From an uncultured bacterium (GTDB lineage: Bacteria; Spirochaetota; UBA4802; JAGODF01), in NCBI GenBank assembly GCA_937921485.1, contig CAKZSV010000031.1, positions 6,437-70,436 on the forward strand: a stretch of 64,000 bases of DNA. Reading direction: 5' to 3'. Both the position numbers and the translations under genes were made by a program. The notes below the pieces were generated by a model. It saw nothing but the letters and a program-made list of their open reading frames with translations, was not told the origin of the DNA and did no database searches. Positions 50,403 to 60,241 of the stretch are shown here, in pieces; positions within the stretch are counted from its first letter, which is position 1; every line of letters begins with the position of its first letter.

Positions 50403-51995
50403 ATGAAACGCTTAGAATTGCCATATATACTTGCACTCGATCACGGTACATCGGGTTGCAAGACGGCAGTTGTTTCCTCCAGAGGGCGTATTATCGATTT
50501 CGAATATGTTCCTACCCGCATACGGTTTCTTCCCGACGGCGGTGCCGTCGCCGATCCTGAAGAATGGTGGCGAGCCTTCGCGAAAGGGACTCAAAAAATC
50601 CTAAGAAGGAGAAACGTTAATTCCAAACAGATAGCTGCGATTGCGGTTTCAAGCACCTTTTCGAGCACCGTTGCCGTTGATGCAAATGGCAGCCATCTCA
50701 TGGATTCCATGACGTGGATGGATTCGCGCGGCAGGCACATCATCAGGCGCATGGCTCGCGGCATAATAAATGTCGAGGGTTATGCCCTTAGCAACTTGGT
50801 TCGCTGGATCAGAAAGACAGCCGGAGGCCCCTCGCTTTCCGGAAAGGACGATATAGCCCATGTGCTTTTCATCAAGCACCATCATCCCGACGTATATGCG
50901 CGAACGTATAAATTTCTAAGTAGTAAAGATTATTTTGTTTTCCGCCTCACAGGTGAATGTTCAGCATCGTACGATTCGATGGCCCTCTTCTGGGTCTGCG
51001 ATATTCGCAACATCAACCATATCAGATATGATGACGGCCTCATCAGGCAATTTGGCATTGATCAAGATAAATTACCTCCGTTGCGCCATTCAACTGATAT
51101 CGCGGGAAGAATATCATCGACAGCCGCTAAAGAATTAGGTCTATCGTCGGATGTACAGGTCATAATGGGAGCTGCGGATCATCAGTGTGCGCTTATCGGT
51201 TCCGGCGCAGTTCGCGATTTTGAAGGACATCTGTACATCGGCACATCATCATGGATTGAATGTCTTATGCCTTTTAAAAAAACCGATCCCTTTCACAGTA
51301 TTGCAACTCTGCCCTCTGCCATCACGGGAAGATATCAATGTATAAATGAACAGGATGTGGCTGGCGGCGCTCTTACCTTTCTTAAAGAAAATATTCTCTT
51401 TCACAAAAACCTCATTCGGCATCGTTCATCAATTCATGATCCCTACTTTGAAATGGATAGAATTGCCCGGGAAGCGCCCCCCGGCTGCGATGGGCTCATC
51501 ATGACACCATGGCTCAACGGAGAGCGAAGTCCAGCAGACAGCGCAACTCTGAGAGCCGGAATTTTCAATATTTCAATGTCGAGCACACTCGACCATCTCA
51601 TTCGCGCGTGTTATGAGGGTGTTGCATTCAATACTCGCTGGAATTTAGAGTACGTGGAAAAATTCATTGGTAAAAAATTCGAAACATTGCGCATGATAGG
51701 AGGTGGGGCAAAATCATCTCTCTGGTGCCAGATATTCGCTGATGTGCTCAATCGAACGATTCTTCAAATGGAAGATCCGATCCAGGCCAATGCACGCGGT
51801 GCCGCTTTTTTAGCGCTTATGGGGATCGGCGAGCTTGCTATTGAAGATATTGGTTCTCTTGTACCGCAAAAGCAAGGGTTTGAACCGCTCGAACCACACC
51901 GCGGCCTTTATGACTCTCTTTTTAAAGAATTCAAAATGATTTACAAAAATAACCGGGCTATGTATTGGAGGCTTAACAGGAATAAAGCACCATAA
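50403..51995 (+). CDS. FGGY-family carbohydrate kinase (xylulokinase / glycerol-kinase-like).
   Basis: N-terminal ALDHGTSGCKTAV (actin-like ATPase phosphate-1 motif) and the FGGY C-terminal domain (…MIGGGAKSSLWCQIFADV…). Confidence 0.8.
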   Translation: MKRLELPYILALDHGTSGCKTAVVSSRGRIIDFEYVPTRIRFLPDGGAVADPEEWWRAFAKGTQKILRRRNVNSKQIAAIAVSSTFSSTVAVDANGSHLMDSMTWMDSRGRHIIRRMARGIINVEGYALSNLVRWIRKTAGGPSLSGKDDIAHVLFIKHHHPDVYARTYKFLSSKDYFVFRLTGECSASYDSMALFWVCDIRNINHIRYDDGLIRQFGIDQDKLPPLRHSTDIAGRISSTAAKELGLSSDVQVIMGAADHQCALIGSGAVRDFEGHLYIGTSSWIECLMPFKKTDPFHSIATLPSAITGRYQCINEQDVAGGALTFLKENILFHKNLIRHRSSIHDPYFEMDRIAREAPPGCDGLIMTPWLNGERSPADSATLRAGIFNISMSSTLDHLIRACYEGVAFNTRWNLEYVEKFIGKKFETLRMIGGGAKSSLWCQIFADVLNRTILQMEDPIQANARGAAFLALMGIGELAIEDIGSLVPQKQGFEPLEPHRGLYDSLFKEFKMIYKNNRAMYWRLNRNKAP

Positions 51996-52027
51996 AATCG
52001 GCATAAAAACAGGTGACGGTGTGACGA

Positions 52028-52672
52028 ATGACAAGACCCGCGCGAACTCGTGAACAAGTTGATCAAATCAAGAAACAAATTCTCACAAGCGCATTAGCAA
52101 TCCTAAGCACCCAGGGATATAATGCACTCACTATGCGAAGTATCGCAGCCGAATGCAAAATGACAGCCGCAAATATTTACAACTATTTCCACAGCAAAGA
52201 CGACATCTATCTTGAACTTGTTATTCAGGGATTCGAGTTCTTGCACTCTGCCATTAGCAATGCACTTGAAAAACCATTGCCCCCAAAAAAACGGCTTGCA
52301 GCAGTGATAGATGCATATTATGAATTTGGAAAAATATACGGTGAACATTACGATATCATGTTTACACTACCCACACCAAAATTCAACGATTTTGTGGGAA
52401 CGCCACTTGAGGAAAAAGCGCGTAAGGAAATGGAACTATCAGAAAAAATAATTGCGAAACTGGTACAATTTACCCGGGTATTCATATCCGATCAAGAAAA
52501 ACATGCGGACAAAGAAAGCATACTCAGGGTAGTTGAGGGCTGGGGAGCAATTCACGGCATCGTATCGCTTTCACGGAGCCGCGTGCTGATGTATGTCACC
52601 GCCGATGCAGATTCGGCGTATAGACGCCTTCGCGACGATTTGATTGCAACGATTGTGACACACGAATCATGA
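52028..52672 (+). CDS. TetR/AcrR-family transcriptional regulator.
   Basis: N-terminal HTH (ALTMRSIAAECKMTAANIYNYFHSKDDIY). Confidence 0.8.
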   Translation: MTRPARTREQVDQIKKQILTSALAILSTQGYNALTMRSIAAECKMTAANIYNYFHSKDDIYLELVIQGFEFLHSAISNALEKPLPPKKRLAAVIDAYYEFGKIYGEHYDIMFTLPTPKFNDFVGTPLEEKARKEMELSEKIIAKLVQFTRVFISDQEKHADKESILRVVEGWGAIHGIVSLSRSRVLMYVTADADSAYRRLRDDLIATIVTHES

Positions 52673-52674
52673 TT

Positions 52675-54243
52675 CTATTCCCATTCAATGGTGCTCGGCG
52701 GTTTCGATGAAATATCCAGCACCACGCGATTGATGCCCCTCACTTCGTTGATAATGCGGTTTGAAATGCGACGCAACAATTCCTCTGGAAGATATGCCCA
52801 ATCAGCGGTCATCGCATCCACGGAGGTGACGGCGCGAATGGCGATGACATTCTCATACGTGCGCTTATCGCCCATCACTCCCACTGAACGAACGGGAAGA
52901 AAAACTGCAAACACCTGCCAGAGGCTGCGATAAAGACCTGCAAATTTTATTTCTTCCACCAGTATGTCATCCGCCTCCTGAAGAATTTTAATTCGCTGCG
53001 GCGTCACCTCGCCAATGATGCGGATGGCAAGTCCTGGTCCTGGAAAGGGATGCCGGTAGACGAGCTCTTCGCTCATTCCAAGTTCAATCCCGAGTTCGCG
53101 CACCTCATCTTTGAAAAGCTCCTTCAGAGGTTCAATCACCTTTCCCGACTTGATGAGTTTGAGCACTTCCGGCACGCGGTTATGGTGGCTTTTTATCGTA
53201 TCGGAAGGGCCTTTTGTAGAAACTGATTCGATCACATCGGGATACAGCGTTCCCTGTGCAAGATAATCGAAACGTCCGATTTTTTTTGCTTCTTTCATGA
53301 ATACATTAATGAATTCACGTCCAATGATTCTTCGCTTTTGCTCCGGGTCATCAACGCCTTTGAGAAGCGCAAGGAAACGCTTTGAGGCGTCCACATAGAT
53401 GAGATTGAGTTTCATGTGCCGCTTGAATCGCTCAATTACCTTTTCCGATTCATTCTTGCGAAGAACACCGTTGTTTACGAACACGCAGTAAAGCCGATCG
53501 CCAATTGCCTTCTGCAAAAGCATCGCCGTGACTGATGAATCGACGCCGCCGGAAAGCCCCAGAAGCACAGTTCCATCACCCACCTCTCTTCGAATCGCCT
53601 GCACAGATGATTCAATAAACGATTTCATGGTCCACGAAGGCGTGAGCTTACAAATTTCAAACAGAAAGTTTTTCAATATCTGCTGACCGTTGACGGTATG
53701 ATAGACTTCCGGATGGAATTGTACCCCATAGATTTTTTTCTCGCGATGTTCGATAGCTGCAGTCTCCGCGTTTTCCGAACTTGCAACAATTTCAAATCCT
53801 TTCGGGGGCACTGCGACTTTGTCGCCATGGCTCATCCATACGGTCTCTTTCTTTTTAAGGCCTCTAAAAAGCGGGCTCTTTTTCTTTATTTCAATAACAG
53901 CACGACCGTACTCCCTTCGTGAGGCGCCTTCGATGTTACCTCCAAAATGCTTCACCAGCGCACAGAGGCCGTAGCAGATACCAAGCACGGGAACACCCAG
54001 ACTCAAAATCTCCGTTTGAAGCTGGGGCGCGTCTTTTTCATATATCGACGAGGGGCCGCCGGACAGCACAATCGCGGCAGGCTTTTCCCCGGCAATTTCC
54101 TTCCATGTTTTATGGAATGGAACGATTTCCGCATATACCTTCTGTTCGCGAATTCTTCGTGCGATAAGCTGTGTGTACTGCGAGCCGAAATCAAGGATAA
54201 CGACTTTTTGCTCCGGAACGCCCGAAAGAGCGTGGTCGATCAT
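52675..54243 (-). CDS. guaA: GMP synthase (glutamine-hydrolysing).
   Basis: N-terminal GATase (catalytic Cys in GICYG), PP-loop SGGVDSSV, and the C-terminal dimerisation domain ending …IEWE. Confidence 0.95.
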   Translation of the reverse strand: MIDHALSGVPEQKVVILDFGSQYTQLIARRIREQKVYAEIVPFHKTWKEIAGEKPAAIVLSGGPSSIYEKDAPQLQTEILSLGVPVLGICYGLCALVKHFGGNIEGASRREYGRAVIEIKKKSPLFRGLKKKETVWMSHGDKVAVPPKGFEIVASSENAETAAIEHREKKIYGVQFHPEVYHTVNGQQILKNFLFEICKLTPSWTMKSFIESSVQAIRREVGDGTVLLGLSGGVDSSVTAMLLQKAIGDRLYCVFVNNGVLRKNESEKVIERFKRHMKLNLIYVDASKRFLALLKGVDDPEQKRRIIGREFINVFMKEAKKIGRFDYLAQGTLYPDVIESVSTKGPSDTIKSHHNRVPEVLKLIKSGKVIEPLKELFKDEVRELGIELGMSEELVYRHPFPGPGLAIRIIGEVTPQRIKILQEADDILVEEIKFAGLYRSLWQVFAVFLPVRSVGVMGDKRTYENVIAIRAVTSVDAMTADWAYLPEELLRRISNRIINEVRGINRVVLDISSKPPSTIEWE

Positions 54244-54770
54244 TTCGATCCTCCAAGCTCTTTCAGATAATTTTTGTATCCTTCTTTCTGCAATTTTTCA
54301 TTTCGCGCGATCACTTTTTGCGACTGACGCACCCGATACTCTTCAAGAGATTTTGATAGCGAAGAATTGGAAAGAGCGAGCATTGAAAGTGCGAAGAGTG
54401 CGGCGTTTGCACCTCCGGATTTTCCCACCGGCATGGTTGCAACGGGAATGCCGGACGGCATCTGCAAGATGGAAAGCACGGAATCGAGTCCTCCCATAAG
54501 CGATGTCTCAATCGGCACGCCAATGACCGGCAGCGTGGTGAATGATGCAACAACGCCGGGCAGATGTGCAGCACCGCCTGCCGCGGCGATAATGACTTTT
54601 ACGCCTCGCTCCTTCGCGGATTTCGCCCAGGCCTTCGTTTCTTCCGGCGTGCGGTGCGCTGATGACACAACCACTTCAAAAGAAATGCCAAACTCCTCCA
54701 GGATTTCAAAGCATGGTGCAAGTTTGGGCATATCGGAATCGCTTCCCATGATGATTGCAATATCTGGCAT
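54240..54770 (-). CDS. purE: 5-(carboxyamino)imidazole ribonucleotide mutase (PurE).
   Basis: MGSDSD start and AAGGAAHLPGVVAS motif. Overlaps the guaA start. Confidence 0.9.
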   Translation of the reverse strand: MPDIAIIMGSDSDMPKLAPCFEILEEFGISFEVVVSSAHRTPEETKAWAKSAKERGVKVIIAAAGGAAHLPGVVASFTTLPVIGVPIETSLMGGLDSVLSILQMPSGIPVATMPVGKSGGANAALFALSMLALSNSSLSKSLEEYRVRQSQKVIARNEKLQKEGYKNYLKELGGSK

Positions 54771-54888
54771 ATCTTCACTCTCCGATATTCATTTTTCCGC
54801 ACTGTAGCGAATGCATTATAAAAGTGTCAAGTGTTTTGAGTAAAGGAAATATTATCACCATGTTACATTGTTATAGCCTTGACGATTA

Positions 54889-55257
54889 TTAAACAGTGGT
54901 CGGCGTTTGGAAACGCTTATATATCTGTATGATGATAAATCCTAAAAGCGTGGTATAATCGGTAATCGTGGCTGACTCAACTGAAAATATTTTATCCATT
55001 ACCAGCATACCGCTTACTACCAGCAGCAGCACAACGCCCGCTAACGCACGTGATGATCTTTCCATTATATGCTCAATCACGAACTCGTTCTCTGCTCCGG
55101 GTTTTTGAATAAAAGAAAGTATCATGAATGCAATTGAAACGATTGCCTGAACAACATATACCAGATTTGCCACCACCTCAATCGTTGAAGGAACTGATGG
55201 CACCAGGTAAAAAGTCGATGAAAGGATAATGCCCACAAACACGTTTCCTAAATACAA
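54889..55257 (-). CDS. Hypothetical polytopic membrane protein. The 5' end appears truncated; the first in-frame start is a TTG at 55257.
   Basis: Three to four TM helices. The frame continues upstream without a start codon through 55258-55365 (…YKLSAALYVYGALAALCAFIIIPAEWRRLLAWLL) until a stop inside repeat copy B. Confidence 0.45.
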   Translation of the reverse strand: MYLGNVFVGIILSSTFYLVPSVPSTIEVVANLVYVVQAIVSIAFMILSFIQKPGAENEFVIEHIMERSSRALAGVVLLLVVSGMLVMDKIFSVESATITDYTTLLGFIIIQIYKRFQTPTTV

Positions 55258-55355
55258 AAGCCACGCGAGTAGACGCCGCCATTCTGCAGGAATAATTATA
55301 AATGCACATAATGCTGCAAGAGCCCCGTATACATATAAAGCGGCAGATAATTTAT

Positions 55356-55474
55356 AAGGGAACTTCTAAAAACTGTTTTAAAGGATGTTCCCTTGTGGGC
55401 ACAATATATATGATAAAACCGCTTTCTTTGATGCTAATTTTAAAGATGAAAGCGGTTTTTAGAGGTGCCCATAA
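55356..55474. repeat. Copy B of the ~120 bp structured interspersed element.
   Basis: About 95% identical to 14691-14811, in the same orientation. Substitutions fall only in loop or unpaired positions (ATAGGTAAAAACC vs ATATGATAAAACC; GATACTCATTTT vs GATGCTAATTTT). Confidence 0.6.
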
Positions 55475-55667
55475 TAAGATCCAAAATCATCCCGTGCAGC
55501 CTGAATTCACTTTTTTCTTGACAAATTTCAATAGAAAATCGAATTGTATTATAGTAAATACAAATATACAAATAAGTATTCAGCCGGTTGTTATTTCTGT
55601 AGTGAAATCGATATCGAAAATTGTGCAATAATTATTCTGAGATTAATTCGCTATCGTTACCGCGTTA

Positions 55668-55679
55668 TTTATCGCGATA
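55668..55679. promoter_or_regulatory. Perfect 12-bp palindrome TTATCGCGATAA, a candidate GntR-family operator.
   Basis: The palindrome lies 24 nt upstream of the GntR start codon. Confidence 0.3.
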
Positions 55680-55703
55680 ATCATATTTCAATATTATGCA
55701 ACA

Positions 55704-56435
55704 ATGAAAATCAAACTCGACAACGCCCAGATACCCCTGCACTACCAGATTGCGGATTATCTTCTGGTGATGCTCGAAAAAGGCGAGCTTTCTTTCGACG
55801 AACAAATCCCGCCAGAGGAAGAACTCAGAGAACTTTTCGGCGTAAGCCGCACCACCGTCAGGCGCGCCATGGAGCATCTGCTCCATAAACGCATTGTGCA
55901 CCGAAAACAGGGAAAAGGATCGTTTTGGACTGAATCAGCAAAGGAGCTGAAAAATGAAAAACTTGCCGGATTAAACCGTCAGATTTTCAGCATTAACAAA
56001 GAAACGAAAGTGCGCGTACTTTCAAAACGAACTGAAAAATGCCGGGAGGATATTGCAGCACTTCTGAAATTACCCCCCGGCAGCGGTGTCGTCATTTTTG
56101 AACGCCTCAGACTGCTCAATGATAAACCGATGAGCTACACTACCAACTATTTACCCTTTAAAATCGGTTCGCGCATAAAAAAATCACATCTCGAAAAAAA
56201 GACCATGCTTGAAACCCTTGAGGATGTAGTAAAACTCGAGTTGGGCACCATCGAACATGAAGTAGAAATCACCCGCGCGAACTCCGAGATTTCGGAACTT
56301 TTACACATCCCCTCACTAAACCCGGTGCTCACCATACGGACATCGGTATTTGATAACGACGCCAGACCAATCGAAGTGGTATGGACGCATTTCGTAGAGC
56401 ATATGTATAAATTCAAAGTAGTGCTTGGAAGATGA
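55704..56435 (+). CDS. GntR-family transcriptional regulator (HutC subfamily with a UTRA effector domain).
   Basis: N-terminal winged HTH (ELFGVSRTTVRRAMEHL) plus a C-terminal UTRA-like domain (about 150 aa). Confidence 0.8.
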   Translation: MKIKLDNAQIPLHYQIADYLLVMLEKGELSFDEQIPPEEELRELFGVSRTTVRRAMEHLLHKRIVHRKQGKGSFWTESAKELKNEKLAGLNRQIFSINKETKVRVLSKRTEKCREDIAALLKLPPGSGVVIFERLRLLNDKPMSYTTNYLPFKIGSRIKKSHLEKKTMLETLEDVVKLELGTIEHEVEITRANSEISELLHIPSLNPVLTIRTSVFDNDARPIEVVWTHFVEHMYKFKVVLGR

Positions 56436-56518
56436 AGAGCACATGAAATTCGCATATATGAGCATCATCATTGCTTCGCCGAGGAAAGAAGCAATATTTT
56501 TTATAAAAGGAGCCTGCT

Positions 56519-58420
56519 ATGAAAGGAGCGTATCAACAAGCGTATGATGAATCCATCAAAAACCCGGATCAGTTCTGGAGTAAAGCGGCAGAGGACATTC
56601 ACTGGACAAAAAAATACACGAAAGTCCTCGACGATTCAAACAAGCCCTTTTACCGCTGGTTTGTCGGCGGTGAAATCAACACCTGCTACAACGCAATCGA
56701 CCGCCATGTCGAAGCAGGGCGCGGCGATCAGACTGCCGTAATTTATGACAGCCCGGTTACGAACACAATACAAAAATACACCTATCGAGAATTGCTTGAT
56801 CATGTTTCGAAATGCGCGGGAGCAATTGCGGAACTTGGCGTAAAGAAAGGCGATCGCGTGATTATCTACATGCCCATGGTCCCCGAAGCTGTTATTGCGA
56901 TGCTGGCGTGCGCTCGTATTGGAGCAATTCATTCCGTGGTGTTCGGCGGTTTCGCCCCGCACGAACTGGCCATCCGCATTGACGATGCGAAACCAAAAAT
57001 CATCATCTCGGCATCGAACGGCATCGAAGGCCAGAAAGTCATTGAGTACAAGCCCCTGCTCGACAGGGCAATTGATCTGGCAAAGCATAAACCAGAAAAA
57101 TGCATCATCTTTCAGCGAAAGCAGGTAACAGCTTCGCTCATTTCCGGCCGGGACCTTGATTGGAACGAGATTGTGCCGAACGCGAAACCTGCGCCGTGCG
57201 CGCCCGTTGCTTCTACCGACCCTCTCTATATTCTTTACACATCCGGAACAACAGGAATGCCTAAAGGCGTGGTGCGGGATAACGGCGGTCATGCTGTTGC
57301 ACTTCGCTGGAGCATGAAGAATATTTACGACATCAATCCCGGCGAGGTATTCTGGGCCGCTTCCGACGTCGGCTGGGTTGTCGGCCATTCATACATTGTC
57401 TATGCTCCGCTTATCAGCGGCGCCACAACGATTGTGTACGAAGGCAAACCCGTGGGCACTCCCGACCCCGGCGCATTCTGGCGCGTGATATCAACTCATA
57501 ACGTCAAAGCGCTCTTTACCGCGCCCACCGCATTCAGAGCCATAAAAAAGGAAGACCCAAATGGGCAATATCTTAAAAAATATGATATTTCGTGTTTCAA
57601 GCGCCTTTTCCTTGCAGGGGAACGACTCGATCCCGATACCTACCACTGGGCATTTGACATGCTGAAAGTCCCTGTCATTGACCACTGGTGGCAGACCGAA
57701 ACAGGTTGGGCGATTGCCGCAAATTGCGCCGGACTTGAAGAGCTTCCCATTAAGCCAGGCTCCCCTACCAAACCCGTACCAGGCTATCAGGTCGATATTC
57801 TCGATAACGAAGGGAAGCCGCTTCCTGCGAACACGGAAGGAATCGTGGCAATCAAGCTCCCGCTTCCTCCCGGGACGCTTCCCACTCTCTGGCAGAATGA
57901 CGAAAAGTTCAAGGAATCATATACCGATCCATTCCCCGGGTATTATTTCACCGGCGACGGCGGCTATAAGGATGAGGACGGCTATCTCTACATCATGGGA
58001 CGCGTGGACGATGTCATCAACGTCGCCGGACACAGGCTCTCCACGGGCGCCATGGAAGAAGTCATCGCGACGCATCCTGATGTGGCGGAATGCGCGGTAA
58101 TCGGCGCTGCAGATGATTTTAAAGGTCAGCTTCCCCTCGGATTTGTAGTGCTCAAAGCCGGCGTCACCAAAGACGAAAAGACAATTGTCGATGAACTCGT
58201 CAGGATGGTTCGGGATCAAATCGGCGCAGTTGCGGTATTCAAGACTGCGATGGTGGTTAAGCGCCTGCCGAAAACCCGTTCGGGAAAAATTCTTCGCTCC
58301 ACAATGCGCAAAATCGCGGACGGACAGGAGTACTCCATTCCTTCGACCATCGATGATCCTGCAATTCTTGGAGAAATCGAAGAGGCGTGTAAAAAAATCG
58401 GGTATGCGAAGAAGAATTGA
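56519..58420 (+). CDS. prpE: Propionate-CoA ligase / acetyl-CoA synthetase family (PrpE-like).
   Basis: 633 aa with PrpE/Acs landmarks (MKGAYQQAY…NPDQFWSKAAEDIHW; YTSGTTGMPKGV; the C-terminal lysine region TRSGKILR). Confidence 0.8.
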   Translation: MKGAYQQAYDESIKNPDQFWSKAAEDIHWTKKYTKVLDDSNKPFYRWFVGGEINTCYNAIDRHVEAGRGDQTAVIYDSPVTNTIQKYTYRELLDHVSKCAGAIAELGVKKGDRVIIYMPMVPEAVIAMLACARIGAIHSVVFGGFAPHELAIRIDDAKPKIIISASNGIEGQKVIEYKPLLDRAIDLAKHKPEKCIIFQRKQVTASLISGRDLDWNEIVPNAKPAPCAPVASTDPLYILYTSGTTGMPKGVVRDNGGHAVALRWSMKNIYDINPGEVFWAASDVGWVVGHSYIVYAPLISGATTIVYEGKPVGTPDPGAFWRVISTHNVKALFTAPTAFRAIKKEDPNGQYLKKYDISCFKRLFLAGERLDPDTYHWAFDMLKVPVIDHWWQTETGWAIAANCAGLEELPIKPGSPTKPVPGYQVDILDNEGKPLPANTEGIVAIKLPLPPGTLPTLWQNDEKFKESYTDPFPGYYFTGDGGYKDEDGYLYIMGRVDDVINVAGHRLSTGAMEEVIATHPDVAECAVIGAADDFKGQLPLGFVVLKAGVTKDEKTIVDELVRMVRDQIGAVAVFKTAMVVKRLPKTRSGKILRSTMRKIADGQEYSIPSTIDDPAILGEIEEACKKIGYAKKN

Positions 58421-58543
58421 CCTCGCCTGATTTCACTGGAGCTGTCCAGGAAATGGTTTGCACCCATTGCTGGATAGCTCCATTCGTAAAAAGCATTTAC
58501 AATGCGCTCGAGGATCAGATGAAATCTTACTTGATACACATAA

Positions 58544-58843
58544 TTACAGATTAAACACCTCAGAAAGCGAGCTCAACTGCAGCACATTCATCACCTGGGA
58601 GCTGACTTTCGTTATTTTGAAGTTTTTGCCTTTTTTCTTCTGGAGTTTCATGAGACTGATGAGCACACCGACTCCCGATGAATCGATATAATCAACATTG
58701 GAGAGATCGAGTTCGACATCCTTATCCGCGTTTTGGCCGATTTCAAAGAGTTTTTCCTTGAACTCTTTGATTGTCATCATTTCGATGTCACCCATTACAA
58801 CAATATTTACGGAATTTCCGCTGTCTTTTATTTCAATCTTCAT
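58544..58843 (-). CDS. STAS-domain anti-sigma-factor antagonist (SpoIIAA-like).
   Basis: 99 aa with the conserved DxSGxG region (YIDSSGVGVL). Confidence 0.75.
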   Translation of the reverse strand: MKIEIKDSGNSVNIVVMGDIEMMTIKEFKEKLFEIGQNADKDVELDLSNVDYIDSSGVGVLISLMKLQKKKGKNFKITKVSSQVMNVLQLSSLSEVFNL

Positions 58844-59052
58844 GATATTCCCAACCTGCTATACGCCTGAGTTTTACAGACATTTTCAATAGATAAACTA
58901 TATGTTAAACGTACTATATCAGCCATTTATACGTCAAATATTTATTTATTCAATAAAAAAATTTTTTTCGCAAATATTTGTTGACGCGGAAAAATCATCC
59001 TCCAGAATAAATGAAATAATGCAATCAGAATAAGGCCAAAGGCACTATTGAA

Positions 59053-59418
59053 ATGGGCAATCGCGCATCCCGCATCCGGCGTCTGGCAGTTATTATAATC
59101 GTACTTTCAACCCTGAGCTCTGAATCCATTTTATACGCGGACCGTCATTCCGAAGCCGAGGTAAAAAAATTATTAACTGATGTCGAAACGGCTTTTAATG
59201 ACTATATCCGTGCAGGCGTTATCGATTACGCGCCACTTGAAACACAAAGGGCTAGAAAATATATTGAAACCGCGAAAAAGATGCTCCTTCAAGATGAACG
59301 CGACCTGGCGTTTTATGAATTAAAAAAAACCGCCGCGCACTTTCGCCTTTTTGATGAAAAGCGTAAAATGGTGAATGCCGAAATTGAACTTGATCACACG
59401 GTAAAGAGTGCAAAGTAA
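59053..59418 (+). CDS. Small secreted/lipoprotein-like protein, DUF4398-like helical protein (tentative).
   Basis: Signal peptide, then an all-helical sequence similar to the N-terminal half of the next gene. Confidence 0.45.
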   Translation: MGNRASRIRRLAVIIIVLSTLSSESILYADRHSEAEVKKLLTDVETAFNDYIRAGVIDYAPLETQRARKYIETAKKMLLQDERDLAFYELKKTAAHFRLFDEKRKMVNAEIELDHTVKSAK

Positions 59419-59424
59419 CTTACA

Positions 59425-60231
59425 ATGAGAATACAAGAAAAAACTTATCGTTCATTTAAGGGTTTCGGTTGTGAAGTCATTCTGGCAATATCATTCATAA
59501 TTATTATTTCGGCGTTTGCTGTACCTGCATGGTCTGCTGAGCGATTGGAAGCCAAAGCCGATATCAGTGCCGCGCAGAAAGCGTTTGACGCTTTAGATAA
59601 AAACTCACTCCTGAAAAGATTCGTTCCCCACAAGGAGTACTACAGTGCTCGCGTATACCTCGATACAGCCCAATATCAGTTTTCTGAAGAACGCGACTAC
59701 TCAAACGCTTCATATTTTGCCATCATGGCTCTTGTTGAGGCCGAAACCGCCTTCGCCATTGCACGCACCCGGCTTGCACGGTATAATAAAATAAAAGTTG
59801 AAAGAAAATATTATTCAGAGATTGCACGCGCTCCGGTCCGCCCTCCTTCCATCAGACTCACTCTGAAAGAAGCTGGTTTCTACAAAGAAGAAAACCAATA
59901 CCAAAGGCTTTACCTCGACTCCCAGCTTTTCACAAGCGGCATCCTCGAACTTTCCGATAAAGGCAAAAAGCGCCTTGATGCGGTCGCGAATGCATTGAAA
60001 TTAGCCCGCCGCATTACGTTCGAAATATCCGCATTTACGCCCGAATCGGGCGACGCGGTAACCTTCGCGGAAAAGAAAGCCGCGCTTGTGGAAGGCTACC
60101 TGAAATCGCAGAAAGGCCTTGGCCACGTGAAATTCACCACCAAAGCAATGAATACAACGGACGGCCTTGTTATCGGCGGCGAGCTCTATCATGCAAACGG
60201 CATTGCATTCACTATCATCGGCATGCCGTAA
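59425..60231 (+). CDS. OmpA-like peptidoglycan-binding domain protein with an N-terminal helical (DUF4398-like) region.
   Basis: C-terminal OmpA-like signature (…TFAEKKAALVEGYL…, resembling LSxxRAxxVxxYL) and an N-terminal membrane anchor. Confidence 0.5.
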   Translation: MRIQEKTYRSFKGFGCEVILAISFIIIISAFAVPAWSAERLEAKADISAAQKAFDALDKNSLLKRFVPHKEYYSARVYLDTAQYQFSEERDYSNASYFAIMALVEAETAFAIARTRLARYNKIKVERKYYSEIARAPVRPPSIRLTLKEAGFYKEENQYQRLYLDSQLFTSGILELSDKGKKRLDAVANALKLARRITFEISAFTPESGDAVTFAEKKAALVEGYLKSQKGLGHVKFTTKAMNTTDGLVIGGELYHANGIAFTIIGMP

Positions 60232-60241
60232 ATGGCATTAT

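Noticed and set aside
54771-54888. Checked the purE-guaA leader for a purine riboswitch.
   Set aside because: A TATAAT hexamer is present on the minus strand, but none of the conserved purine-riboswitch core sequences (…UAUA…GGGA…UAUGGCCC…GUUUCUACC…) are present.
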